DNA of 64,000 nucleotides from Eledone cirrhosa (GCA_964016885.1 OZ024742.1:330646001-330710000), one strand, 5' to 3'; shown: positions 14,628 to 28,743, numbered from the stretch's first letter. Made by a program: numbers and translations. The notes: generated by a model not told the origin, from the letters alone.

Positions 14628-15003
14628 TCATGTAGCCACATTTTTACTTGTAGCTAATAAGTTAAATTGCTATGAACAACTCGATAATTATAAGTTACCT
14701 CCCCTACATTGTCTCTCAATTAAAAACATTTAAGAATTAGCACTTAACTATAGACACCCACAATTTCTAATCTCTCGAGAAGTTACTTCCCCTGAAACCA
14801 CCCTCTAATTAGTAAGGTAAATATGCCTGTTAGCAGCCATATTGTTATCCATAGGCAGATTTCACACAATACAGCCTCGACAGATGAATACTGCTTGATT
14901 ATGGCTGACAACTGATGCAACCAAGACACCATAGTAAAAACCAATATCTGGAACATTATATTATGTAACATTATCCCATTATTTCAATTTATATTCCTTT
15001 GAA

Positions 15004-15123
15004 ATTCCGATGAGCCACTCTGTTTTTTAAATATGTTAATTATTTTCAACTGAACCAGATAAATTATGATATATAGTCATCTGATCCAGAAATATTATAT
15101 GGAGTAGCGAAAAAATTGTAAAC
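15004..15123 (+). ncRNA. Degenerate hammerhead with long stem II insert at the 3' end of the Naiad-like element
   Basis: CCGATGA-gccactc...(~80 nt)...gagtagc-GAAA-aaattg-TA-aac, positioned just before the element ends at (TA)n. Confidence 0.45.
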
Positions 15124-15251
15124 GGACATTATTATTATTATTAATATTAATATTATTATACTCTACATTCCTTACATCAAACTAAAATATGTTGACAATC
15201 TTTTAATAATGTCTTCCTTGTGAAATGTGTGGTCTTGTTTTGCTTAACTAA

Positions 15252-15310
<59 letters not shown>

Positions 15311-15579
15311 TCTGGTGCATTGTGGTCCACTTGGTATCTTACCACACCTTCTTTGTTATGCATATGAATAAATAAATAAATACATATATATATACCAGGT
15401 GGAGCACAATGCACCAGAGTACTCGGTAATTAGGGTTGTAGAGTTGTTAATAGGACATGAGTCAGCACCGCTACGGCTGAGCTCCGGTCGTTGGGGTCCT
15501 GTCTCTTTCCCTATACATACATAAATATATATATATGTATGTATATATGAATCGTCAGCTTCCATCAATTCTAAGAAAG

Positions 15580-15830
15580 TTTCTCACGGGAGAGGAAAGT
15601 CTATCTACCTCACACCATACGTCCACAATTCAAGTTAGAAACCGCGAGTGGCACCCGCTTTCTGTTCTTTTCACAATTACTTCATCCTCGCAGGGATAGC
15701 CTTTGTCATCTTGTTGAACAACCAGCAGTGTGAATTTGATTATCTTGGAATTTGCCTGTGCATTTCAGAACCCATTCATTCATTGATGGTTGACTAGATC
15801 AAGCAATGTTTTTGCACGAAAAGGACAGGT
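15580..15830 (+). pseudogene. Possible highly decayed Helitron/PIF1 helicase C-terminal relic
   Basis: With frameshifts it reads GE.VYLP.. then AFVI.LNNQQ.EFDYLGICL..SEP, loosely resembling the GE.VFIPRI...AFAMTINKSQGQTFD.VG.YL..PVF motif region. Confidence 0.3.
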
Positions 15831-16477
15831 GTTTAAATAAAAGTCAAATAAAGATTAACTAACACGCAAATGAAAATGGTGTCTCCACTAACAATAAGGA
15901 GAAGGAAATGTCGCCGAGAATGGTCAAATCCGGTGCCTCAGCAATTTCACCTCCACTGGTGTAATGCTTTACATATTCAAAGGTAGAACACCACAGTCTA
16001 GAGAATTGGGCGATGGAGGATTTCAATTGCATGCTGGAAAAATAATGATTCGTGCAGTCACTATGTGGTATTTCGTAATCACGTGACATCCTGTAATATA
16101 ATAATATTATACTGCCGACTAAACTAACACTTACCCAAGCTTTCACTCATGAAAAGGACAATAGTGATAATGTTCACTGTTAAACATAGCGCATAATTGT
16201 TCCATGTAAGTATATCGGAATACTCCAGATGATATAGTTGAAGGATTTTGCCAACAGAGATTCAGATGATATAGTCAAAATAGTTCGCCAATGCAACTGA
16301 CGCTAAATTTAGTCTCTATGTTTATATTATTAACTGAATAACGCTAATGTGTGTCTATTCCTTGAAGGTAATGTCATAACCACTTCAGATTAATACAATC
16401 ATAATTCACTGTAAAATTTACAAAATCGATAAATTGTATATATGATACTATTCTCAGGTTATATTCTAGGTTAAAAC

Positions 16478-16529
<52 letters not shown>

Positions 16530-17558
16530 TTAAACATGCAAACAAGTGATTGCATATTTTATCTTCCGGCATCTCTTTACAAAATGATTGAATGCTTCAT
16601 TACGTATCAACGAATTTGAACAGACAATATGGGTTAAGTTCTCGCGATATTATACATCATGTAATTAAATGCCTGTGGCTTAATATGGTGGTCATCCATG
16701 CTGCCATAGTTTCACTGACAACAAAATCGTCGAAACTGAAAACAACCTCGGCCAATGAGCCCACTAAAGTAAACATAATTCAGAAGAAAATATCAAATCC
16801 AGAGCCAACAATTAAATGAATTACAACTAAATCAACGCTGGAATCCAATTACGCTACCAAAATACGTTACCTTCCCCATTCAAACCCAAACATTAGACAT
16901 AATATCTGTGAATTGGAACAAAATATGCAACAAAATACTAAATTAATAAAAACAATTGTTATACCTCCAATCGCCTAAAATTGAACCTGTTGGTTGCTTC
17001 ATATGAACTTCCCTCCTGCGTCAACCCATACTACGAGTAGTTATACCTGTCTACGTTCCTGCAAAGTGAGACATCATACGACAGCGCATGTGTGAGAAGC
17101 ATTCGTGTTGTTGAGAAATCCATTTGTGCGCTTCAAAATTCTAAATAATTAATGGCTTTAAAAAGGCATGATTTTACGAAAACTACTTCAAGAAAAAAAA
17201 AAACACAACATGAATATTATCGATCAATGAATGATAGGCAAGATAACACATTAAAATAAAATGTGACCGGTTATATTGTAGAATTTAGACGTGATGATCA
17301 ACATTATTTTTTAATATTTATATCGATTTACGACGCGGTAACTATATCTATATCTTATACATTGAGACAGATTTCTTTTCAATGTAGAACAACGTATACA
17401 CGCAGATATGGCTTTCCTGTATAAATATGCCGCAGTAAGAGGCCTAGTCATAAAAAATATATACATACACTTCAATTAGAATACGGTAATTCCAGAGTGA
17501 AAATTTCTAATAATATAAATAGACACATTTATCAAGATACAAATCCGCCCCCAAGACC

Positions 17559-17770
<212 letters not shown>

Positions 17771-17916
17771 TATATATATGTAATAAATGTGAATAATAAT
17801 AAATGTGAAGACTAGAATACGAAGAGGCCTCGATGTATATGAAATATATAAAACCGTAGAGCCAGTATTTATTAAAATAACAGTTTTAAGTTTAAGCAAA
17901 GAATCGGTGCTTTCAA

Positions 17917-17956
<40 letters not shown>

Positions 17957-18978
17957 GGGAATGTATGCATGTGTATATGAAATGTCCTATCTTTTCATTT
18001 GGATCTTGTTTTGTATCACTCTCTCATTCTCTCCTTATCAGATAGAAATGCCTGATGCAAAGCAGTCACAATCAGATCTCTGCAGCAATGTTTCCACCAT
18101 CTTGTCCATGAGAAGCTGAGTAGCATTTAGCCAAGGCACAACATCTCCGCACATAATTTTTCCAAATCCTCTTCTTAAATTTACTATTCTGTTTTTTCTT
18201 TTCCGATTTACTCTTTATATACAAATTAAATTGATATTCCATTGTTAAATTATAATGAAATCTTATTGTGTAAAATTGCAACTATATAATTCAAGAGCCA
18301 TAAAGGAAATAAGGGGTGTCGACAGAATAATGCGAATACAAAAGGTTTCAATTACGACCTAGCCGGAGGCAAAATATGAAATACTACACCATCACCACCA
18401 CTACCACACACAACAAATCTGCAAATTATTGTTTATTTTACAACACTAATAAAATCAAGAGCATGGACGTGTAAACATACAGTATTATCACATATGAATT
18501 TTTCTAGAAAAATAAATCCGTAAAATGCAAGTCAAAAATATTTTAATAATATATTGTCACGTACGAATTATGAATATACTCGATTTACACACAAACACAC
18601 ACATACACACACATATACACACACACGCGCACACACATACGAGTATGCAGATATTATATATACTTTGAAAATAAACTGGTTTTTACCACGATTATTTAAA
18701 AAAGAAGTTGAAAATGCAATTAGCATCATTAAGGAGCTTTATTTACAATATATAATAACTGAACCGGTTTCATAATTTTATGATTTTCAAAAGTTAAGGG
18801 ACTTGGAGTGATGCGTGGTTATGCCAACTTGTATGTCGATAGCAAAACTGCACATGTACATTGACTTTTGAAAATCATGAAAATTGCTATTTTTTAAAAT
18901 TTATTAGATATTGTAAATACATCTTCTTAATGAATCATTCCAATTGCATTTTCAAATTCTTTTTCCTATATATATGTG

Positions 18979-19010
<32 letters not shown>

Positions 19011-19656
19011 CATGCATGTGTGATGGAGAAGGAGCGAGAGAGGGAGAACAAGCAAGAGAGAAAGAGAGAGAGAGATAAAGCAATAGAAAGAGACTAAAAA
19101 GGAAAAACAGTCTTTAAAAAATCTTGGTGAAAATCAATGACATCTATAAAGCTGTTAAAATGATTTCATAGCTTTCAACTACTTAATGCCATTGTATATA
19201 GTTCGCAGGTCATAGTCAATATATTTTTGCTCCGTGTTAGTTTTTTGAAGACAAGCTTCAAGTTGTTCTCTGATTCAGACTGTTAAACTCTTTATTGGAA
19301 CAAATAGAGCCGTAGCGTTTCTATTTATAAATCTTTGAAGGAAATACCTTAGGATTTGGTGGGATGTTTTTGGTGAAGATCTCCAAAAGTATGAAATGTT
19401 CATGTATCTCTATTCGTTTCTCTGCATCGCCCTATTATATAGATGTATCGAACGCAGAAAAGTAGTTTTCAACACAGCTTACAAGATCGGGTGGAATACC
19501 TCTGTAGACGAAAACTAGCCAGCAGCCTAAAGAGGATCAATCCATGTAATTACCAAATCTCCTGATAACATTTACTGTCATATACAGAATATCAAATTTT
19601 CAATCGGAATAAAACATTAGATTAGTGTGTGTGTGTGCCAGTAACGCTTGTGGGCA

Positions 19657-19700
19657 AACTACTGATGAAGAAATAACAAATCGTGAAACAGTTGTCTGTT
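19657..19700 (+). ncRNA. Degenerate minimal type I hammerhead
   Basis: aacta-CTGATGA-agaaataacaaatcgt-GAAA-cagttg-TC-tgtt. Core intact, stem II poorly paired. Confidence 0.5.
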
Positions 19701-20829
19701 ATTCTTACCTTAGACTCACTCCTTGACATGTTCTCAAAGAAAAATACTGAAACATTTTTTTTCGTTATGAAACAAAAATTAAATTACTTGATAATGATGC
19801 TAACTATATGATTATTTTTTTTTAATATACATTAGAGACTTTCATATATACACCTATAATGCTTAAACGCAATCTTAATACTACTGACATTATGTGTATA
19901 TATATATATATAATGATGTTGCAGATGGGCAACGAAAGAAATATGTTAGACTACATTGATATATTTATATCTGTATTTTTGACCGTTGGTCTGTCAATGA
20001 TAAATATTGATGACCGGATGAATTAACTATGGAGATATAAAAGATGGAGAAGCGAAAACCAACCAACAGTGAGTGTGTTCTCTTATTGCTGGCAATAGTA
20101 CTACAACAATATGACCTTCCCCAACTATAACTATATATATATACTTACGGTAAACATTGATGCAATTCAAATCAACCATTTAACATACTTTTACCGCATA
20201 GGTGTTACGGAGTATATTTAGAATAAGAAAATGCGAAGTAGTTTCATATGTAAAAGTCCTTTAATGATAGAGATGAGATACATATTTAAATGACAACAGT
20301 GGCCAGACGATTGCGTGTACCAAGTCCCGTGACATCATCAGGCAGCTTCTTACATAATAAGGTTACGTTCAAGAGGCAATCCAAATTGAATTGCAAGGGA
20401 ACGGAAAAAGTGGGTGTTCTTGAATTCTTCGCCCGTTCCCTTGTGAGTCCCGATTCACCCCCACCGGTTTGCAGAGGCGTATGTCCGAAAGAAAGTTGAC
20501 CATCAACTACCCCAAAAAATTTTACGAAACTCACCTAGGCAGGTCCCCGCTCACCCCAACGAAACAATCATCCCATCCAGGTCTGTAATATGATACGGTC
20601 ATAGTTTACTGCTAGTCATCTTGCCATTGGCAGTTGACCGAAAGCTAGTGGTGGTGGCAGAGTATGAGTTTCAATAGGCCTCGATACTACCCGTAAATTA
20701 TGCTAAGACAGTAGAATTGAGCATCACCCGCTACGGGATTATAGACCTAATTCTAGATATATTTTCAGTGGAAATTATGACTAAAAATTATGAATTAAAA
20801 ATTATATTACAAGTTAAAATCTTGATTGA

Positions 20830-20880
<51 letters not shown>

Positions 20881-20885
<5 letters not shown>

Positions 20886-21476
20886 TAGCGAAACAAACAG
20901 TTATTAAACAATTTTCTAAATAAATTAAAAAATGATTAAATAATCACCATTGAACCACATGTATTATAAACAACTTGAATATTTCTACAAGTGCATTGTA
21001 CCTGTTGAAGTATCGATCCACTTCTATAATTTATTCTCCTTATGTAGAGAACAAAACGTTGAATAATGCTGCTAATTTTAGTGGCAATTCGACATGTTTA
21101 TAATATCCAGCTTTTATCAGCGACCTGATTTGCGTGTGCGTCACTTTAACGGCTTGACCGCATGCGTTGGGCAGGGAGCATATTTACTTGCTATACCTTA
21201 TAGCGTGGAAATAGGGCTGTCTGAAGATTCATTTCTTTCCATTGGAAATTCGTTGGATTTCCAATCTTTCGGAATGATGAAACCGTCGGTAACAGCATCT
21301 GAACAGGTGATTATTTAATCATTTTTTTTATTTATTTAGAAAATTGTTTAATAACCGTTTGTTTCGCTACTTTTATATTGTTCTGGTATCTCGAATTAGT
21401 GCCATTGAACCACATGTATTATAAACAACTTGAATATTTCTACAAGTACATTGTACCTGTTGAAGTATCCATCTAC

Positions 21477-21481
<5 letters not shown>
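20881..21481. repeat. ~600-bp non-coding element between (TA)n tracts with both inverted (20881-20948 vs ~21305-21374) and direct (20947-21027 vs 21402-21481) terminal duplications; PLE-type terminal fragment
   Basis: aaaagtagcgaaacaaac...aataatcacc vs ggtgattattt...gtttgtttcgctactttt. ccattgaaccacatgtattataaacaac...cttctata occurs twice. Confidence 0.8.
21216..21296 (+). ncRNA. Canonical type I hammerhead ribozyme with extended stem II
   Basis: gctgt-CTGAAGA-ttcatttc..ttggaaattc gtt ggatttccaa..ggaatgat-GAAA-ccg t cgg-TA-acagc. Stems I and III are perfect. Confidence 0.85.
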
Positions 21482-21557
<76 letters not shown>

Positions 21558-22015
21558 TATGTATGTATACGTACAGACATATATGTATACAAACGTACAG
21601 TAGCATGTATATATATATACATACAGGCACACATATACATATGCACGTATCAGTTTGCCGAACATTTATTATAATGCTCGGTTTGTTCGTTTGTAAACAA
21701 ACAGCCTGAATTACGCCGTACAGTGTTTAGGCAACCACGTCACCTTTTTGTTCAACACTCACACAGGAACGATGTACTAGTTTCAAGCTTATTAGCTATC
21801 GTCAGCACCGTATACCTTTCTGCCAGATGGTTGAGTAAGTGCCGTACTAAGAGTGAGAAATGAAATTTCGTTTCATTCTATTCCATTTATATAAATATAT
21901 ATATTAATTCAAAATATTAACAAAAATAGAAATTCGTGTGACCTTTCCAGTGGAATTCTTCCAATTTATTTTAAAACTCATTCTTTGATTTATTCATTAA
22001 ACCTTGTTTAACCTT

Positions 22016-22062
<47 letters not shown>

Positions 22063-22501
22063 ATATATATATACATAAGAAATAAGGAGATGTTTAAATT
22101 ATAATTTAAACATCACCTTAGTTTTGAAAGGGGGATCATATTAGATATATATGATCCATATATTGAACGATAGTTCCGTACCGTAGGATGGAGGGTAAAT
22201 TACAGTATAAAACGTAGTAATTAGGGAAATAATTAGTTATATCTTCTACAATCACATGAACCAATTTGTTGATTCAATTTTAATTGCCCCGGGAACGTAA
22301 CCTTATTACGTAAGAAGATGTCTGATGTCAGAGCACTGGGTACACAGAATCGTGTGGCCCCTGTCATCATTGAAATATGTACCACAGCATTATTATTAAA
22401 GGTCGTTAACATCTGAAACTACTTCGCATTTTCTTATACTCTCTCTCTCTCTGTCTCCCTCTCTCTCTCTCACTCTCTCTCTCTCTCATTCTATATATGA
22501 A

Positions 22502-22540
<39 letters not shown>

Positions 22541-22543
<3 letters not shown>

Positions 22544-22836
22544 GAAAGGATAAAAAGGACGATTGATTATTCCTTCATTGCATTTATTGATAGGTGACGC
22601 GCGTTTCGCCACTGATCAGCTCAAGGTTCGATCTATATCGATCCTACCCGACTCAATAATTGGCAGCTCGACGGACCCTTTAAAATAGCATTATAAGAGG
22701 GTCCGTCGAGCTGCCGATTATTGAGTCGGGTAGGATCGATATAGATCGAACCTTGAGCTGATCAGTGGCGAAACGCGCGTCACCTATCAATAAATGCAAT
22801 GAAGGAATATTCAATCGTCCTTTTTATCCTTTCTAT
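22541..22836. repeat. Near-perfect palindrome (~140-bp arms) containing the 3' half of a hammerhead-like motif
   Basis: Arms meet at gctcgacggaccctt-taaaatagcattat-aagagggtccgtcgagc. The right arm has tggc-GAAA-cgcgcg-TC-acctatc-aataaa. Confidence 0.92.
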
Positions 22837-22936
22837 ATTTTACACTCTGAATAGCTCTACACATCATCACAGAAGTGAACCTAAACATCGAGTGCTCACC
22901 CGGGTGAACCTGCAGTAACTCCTAGTTACACCCACT

Positions 22937-23037
<101 letters not shown>

Positions 23038-23080
23038 GAGAGTAAAACAAAGAATCCTTTAATACATCAAAAGTTTTTAT

Positions 23081-23122
23081 TAGCCGACAATGTTTCGTCC
23101 TATTAAGGACTCATCAGGGCAA
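23081..23122 (-). ncRNA. Canonical minimal type I hammerhead ribozyme
   Basis: Minus strand: ttgcc-CTGATGA-gtcct taat aggac-GAAA-cattg-TC-ggcta, followed by aataaa and then the end at (TA)n. Confidence 0.88.
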
Positions 23123-24232
23123 TCAAAACAACAAGAAGTAATATCGGCAGATACAAGCCGGAATCTCCGAAGAATATGGAGTGTACATACACTAAAGTCT
23201 TGCAAAAATATATAATAATAAAAATAAAAATAAAAATAATAAAAATATATAATAAGAATAACTAAGGATGTATATAACATTAAGAACCATATTACAAATA
23301 TAGTCCAAAGCAACTAACCTAAATCTAAACAAATGTGGTTATATAGAGCAGGAATTATATATAACACAATGTAATATAACATAATACATTATAATAATAT
23401 ACCTTTACCAACATTAAAATTACAATTAAAAATCAAAAGGTACAATATATACATGTATATATGTACGCACACACACACACACATATACAACAATACGCAC
23501 ATCTATGTTCAACTACACAAATTAAGCCTTATTAGAAGTTTGAATATAAAAATAAGCATGATAAGAGTGAAAATAATTTGTTGGTAATGCAACCAATTTA
23601 TTTATAACAGATTCGAAGCACTCAACAAGTTACCTGGAGTATAATATCAATGATATTAATAAATGGAAACTATATTTATGAAACCATATTTATTTTATTA
23701 TATATATTTCAAGAGTACCAACAACTTTGGTACGCACTCATCATATAAAATATAAAAATTTGATTTACATATAGTGAAATACCCCAGAAACCAGACCTTA
23801 TCGGTTCAGCTTCCGTTTGGATAGTGAAAGGAAAAGGAAAAGGAAAATGAAAAGGAAAAAAGAAAAACATTAAAAATCTTTAGGATGGATTTGTAAATGA
23901 AGTAGCAACGTAGACTGAAAAAGTCGTTATATTTAGACGGTACGTAAATTTAAATAATTATTCGGATGATTTATAAAGGAAGAAGAAATAAGAAACTAAA
24001 TTTAAAAATTTAAAATGTTTTGAAGTGGTAGAATACTAATCTAAAAATTTAAAATATATAACCAAATCATGAGTTATAATAATTATAGATAATCCTTATA
24101 ATTATATTTTATGAAGTATTTACGTGGTAATATATATATAAGAAATTGACGGTCCCGGCGTATTTAACAATGCCAGGATCGGTTGCATTTCAGCGTACTC
24201 ACTAGATTTATATATATGTATATATATATACC

Positions 24233-24275
<43 letters not shown>

Positions 24276-24310
24276 ACACACATACACACACACGCATACA
24301 TACGCACACG

Positions 24311-24364
<54 letters not shown>

Positions 24365-24371
24365 TATATAC

Positions 24372-24446
<75 letters not shown>

Positions 24447-24447
<1 letters not shown>

Positions 24448-24645
24448 CGAAGGAGTTGTGGTAAGGAACCAGATGCACCGTAACGCGCCAGAGTACTCAA
24501 TACTTAGCGTAGTAGAGTCGGTAATAGGAGAAAGTATGACCCCGACAGCAGAGCTGAAGCCGTTTCGATGGCTATTTCTGGACTAGTCCAGATATAACCG
24601 TCGAAACGGGTCGAGCACTGCCGTCGGGGTGATACTTTCTCCTAT
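24447..24645. repeat. Short dispersed (TA)n-associated repeat with terminal fold-back (24524-24645); family copies at ~15305-15510, 26624-26758 and 57050-57188
   Basis: Shared gaaggagttg.ggtaaggaaccagatg.acc.taacgc.ccagagtact...tatgaccccgac.gcagagct.aagccgtttcga.ggctatttctggacta. Confidence 0.85.
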
Positions 24646-24728
<83 letters not shown>

Positions 24729-25077
24729 CCTATGTATATATGCGGTACGGCAGATAACATTAAATACTCAGGAATATAAGGGATACTTGGAAGTCTATCA
24801 AATTACAGGAAAATATCCTACGAAAATCAGAATCATATGACTTTCCTCTATATTTATTTTTCAGTCTTCTATTATCAACTCTCTTTTACCAATTCATTCT
24901 CTATAGCATTGTCAGTTAGATAAAGAAATATATCAATTGTGAAACTGTGTTCCTACGTGTGTACTTCCTAAATGTTTCAGATTGTTAAACGATGCTTTTA
25001 GGAAAGGCAATTCTTAATAAAATAAAGTAAAAATGTTGATATTACATTAGTAAACTTTATATGTGCTATACATATAA

Positions 25078-25400
25078 TCGTTTCTACTTTTGGCGCAAGG
25101 CCAGCAATTACCCAGTGCATTACTGGTACTTTATTTTATCGACCCCGTAAGGATGAAAGGCAAAGTTAACCTCGGCAGGATTTGAACTCAGAATACCAAG
25201 GGCTATACATATAATTGTTTCTACTTTAGGCACAAGGCCAGCAATTATCCAGTGCATTACTGGTACTTTATTTTATCGACCCCGTAAGGATGAAAGGCAA
25301 AGTCAACCTCGGCGGGATTTGAACTCAGATCGTAAAGGGACGTAACTATGCTGGAAAGCATGGCGTCCGACCCTCTACCGATACTGCCAATCCACCGCCC
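25078..25400 (-). mobile_element. Tandem SINE pair: 5'-truncated copy (25078-25200) plus full-length copy (25213-25400)
   Basis: Reverse complement of the SINE consensus twice. gctatacatataat occurs at ~25065, ~25202 and ~25405 (target-site duplication). Confidence 0.88.
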
Positions 25401-26756
25401 TGGGGCTATACATATAATGAATTGAAGTTGAAAAGGAATTCAAACATTGGTTATAATGTTTTGTAGTATATGTGTCAAGGCTCTGCTGTATGATTTAAAA
25501 CCATCTGAAACCGATTAGGATTTTCATTTTTCCGATGGAGAAATAAATTACCAGCACGACATCTTGGCAGAGTTCTCTTGTGCATCATTCTAACTCGCTC
25601 TGTGTATGGAATAAGTCGACTGTATTCAGTACAGGAAAGGAAATGCCCTAAATAATCATGTTTCCATCTGATTTAAGGACTTGTGGAGCAGAATATAAAT
25701 ATGAATATATATATATATATATATATATGCGTGTATGTGTGTGAGTATGTGTGTATATGTGAGTGTGTGTGTGTGTGTGTGTGTATGTGTGTATGTGTGT
25801 GTGTGTGTGTGTGTGTATGTCTGTGTGTGTGTGTGTGTGTGTATGCCTGTGCATGTGTGAACCTGTATTTAATTGTGTGTAGGGTGCGAAAACTATTTTG
25901 CTCTAAGGACTGTAAAAAGAAAGAATGTTTTGAAATAAATATATGATATTGGACTAAGACTGCTTTTATGGTAAATTATTTCGATAACAAATTTCTTTGA
26001 AACGTCAAATTATAGTTACTTATAAAATACACTTATAAATACATATTTTCCAGGCTATATGTATATATATTTGTATATTTGTATATACATATATATATAT
26101 ATATTGGCAACATGACCCTCCGAAAGTATAACAATATATATATATATACATAATAAATAACATAAGATAATTAATTCAATTACCACTGATTTTTGAAGAC
26201 AGATATATATATATATATATATATATGTTTTTAGTCTTCAGAAAGAATAATATGGAATGTTTATTAAATATTGATTTAAAAACAAAATTTAGGATAACTG
26301 AAAGTGAGGGTGAAATTAAATAACTTGACAAAATTGAGGAGAAAGAATATATAAATAAATATCCAGATCATAAACATACACACATACAAACACACGCTTA
26401 TACGTAATAGTACGTAAAAGTATACATTCTCACATAAATGTATGTGCGTCTACATGGACATACGAACACACACATATAAACGTGTGTTCTTTTGCTAACA
26501 TATGCGCACACACAGGTGCATACTCACGCAGGTACTCAATAATAACGTAAAATGTATATATACACACTGCATATCTCCATACACTTATACATAAATATAT
26601 ATATAGGAAAATGTATGACCGCGAAGAAATAGCCGTCAAAACGGCTTGAGCTCTGACGTCGGGATCATACATTTTCCTATTGACCACTCTACTACCCTAA
26701 GTATTCAGTACTCTGGTTTGTTATGGTCCATCTCGTTTCTTACCACAACTACTTCG

Positions 26757-26827
<71 letters not shown>

Positions 26828-26835
26828 CATAGTGT

Positions 26836-27075
26836 AACAACGATCAAATTTTAGATTAGAACATTTATTTGCTGAAAATTGTTTCTTCCAGTGGGTGGTC
26901 TGCAATCATCGGAACATATGGAATGTCGAAAGATGTTACTAAAATCCTAGTCATTTAGAACATTTCGGGTACATAATTGTTTCGACATTCCATATGCTTC
27001 GATGAACCCAGACCTCCCTCTGGAAGAAACAATTGTCAGCAAATAAATGTTCTAAATTAAAATTTGACCGTTTTA
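26836..27075. repeat. Small inverted repeat (~95-bp arms), each arm holding a hammerhead-like motif
   Basis: Right arm 26995-27041: tgct-TCGATGA-acccag acctccct ctggaa-GAAA-caattg-TC-agca-aataaa. The left arm (minus strand) reads CCGATGA...ctggaaGAAA. Confidence 0.78.
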
Positions 27076-27199
27076 ACACTTTGTATCTCGTCTCTGTAAA
27101 ACACTTGAACATTTGCGTTAAGCCTTTTGTCATACCGGTAACCGGCTAGCACTAAGTACCACCCTCCATATTTATAGTTGTATCAAACATATATATATA

Positions 27200-27271
<72 letters not shown>

Positions 27272-27375
27272 CACACAAACTCACACATATACATATGTAT
27301 ACACATACATACATACACAAATAACTCTATACATACAGGCACGTATATACATACATACATACATACACACACACA

Positions 27376-27407
<32 letters not shown>

Positions 27408-27520
27408 GATATAGATATATATATTTATTAAAATAACAGATTAAACTGTAAGCAAAGAATCGTTGCTTATTTATCCTTATCGAGCCCTCTTTGGATTTTA
27501 GTCTTCAAATTTATTATTAT

Positions 27521-27598
<78 letters not shown>

Positions 27599-27794
27599 AC
27601 ACATATATATGTGTGTGGGTGGGTGTGTATGTGTGTGTATATGTGTGAGTGTCTATACTTTCAATGTGGTCAACCTTTCGTGGTAGGGTCTATACCGTAG
27701 ATAGAACTAAACGTATTCAGTTGGCAAGTTAGAACCATGGAATGGTTCCGTGTTTTGCTGCGTCAATACTTCAGCTATTGAGTCTGATATATAA

Positions 27795-27978
27795 TAATTG
27801 TTTCTACTTTTGGTACAAGGCCATCAATTGCCCAGTGCATTACTGTCACTTTATTTTTTCGAACCCGTAAGGATGAAAGGCAAAGTTAACATCGGCGGGA
27901 TTTGAACTCAGAATGGCAAGGTCCGTAACTCTATGCGTCAAAGCATGGCCTACGACCCTCTATTGATACTGCCAATCC
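27795..27978 (-). mobile_element. SINE copy, same family
   Basis: aattgtttctacttttgg...cccgtaaggatgaaaggcaaagttaac...tttgaactcag...gatactgccaatcca. Confidence 0.85.
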
Positions 27979-28007
27979 ATATAATAAAATTTAACAAAAC
28001 CACAATT

Positions 28008-28585
28008 TTGAATGCATACCTTGTTTCTTAATCGAGGTCATACAATATATATAGTATGAATACAATATATATATGGTATGAAAAAAATGTTTTTCAACTC
28101 CAATGTTGATTTAGAATAGTTTGGATATAGGAATGTTGTGATTAATTAAATAATCATTAATCTGATCCGCATAAGCGGATATAGTATTTCCTTATTCCAA
28201 TAATACTATGAGTCCTAAACTAATGAAAATAACTTATGATGTAACTAATGTAACTAACCAAATTGACTTAATGAAAAACATTTCCTTCTATTTAATAAAA
28301 ATCCAAAAGCAATACTAAAATTTAAATAAAAGTTAAATTACCATGCATTAATATCAGCTAACCAGAAATAACATTAGCCATGACAATATGTTTCCATATT
28401 GGAATTACACTCCACCTTACGAATGAACCCAAAAAATCTATATCATTAGCGTAAACTTCCACCCATATCCAAACTGTGTTACCTATTCTAAATCAGCATT
28501 GAATTTGAAAAATATTGTTTTCTTACCATATATGTATTCAGCTATACATGTATAATCTCGATTAAGAAACAAGGTATGCCTTCAA
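28008..28585. mobile_element. Candidate MITE or inverted-repeat-bounded element (~37-bp TIR-like ends)
   Basis: ttgaatgcataccttgtttcttaatcgaggtcataca vs tgtataatctcgattaagaaacaaggtatgccttcaa. No clear TSD. Confidence 0.45.
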
Positions 28586-28697
28586 TGTACACATTGATGT
28601 GTTTATTATCAACTAAATGCTTAATATCCCTTAATTAAGAAGATCATTTCTCAGGAGATTTATTACCCCTAGCATAATGCAATCACAACTTCTATGA

Positions 28698-28743
28698 TCT
28701 TCTTCTTCTTCTTCTTCTTCTTCTTCTTCTTCTTCTTCTTCTT

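Noticed and set aside
16871-16906. Minus-strand cag...gtaacg-bounded ~35-nt micro-exon candidate
   Set aside because: Splice-like signals alone, with no recognisable peptide or partner exons; expected by chance
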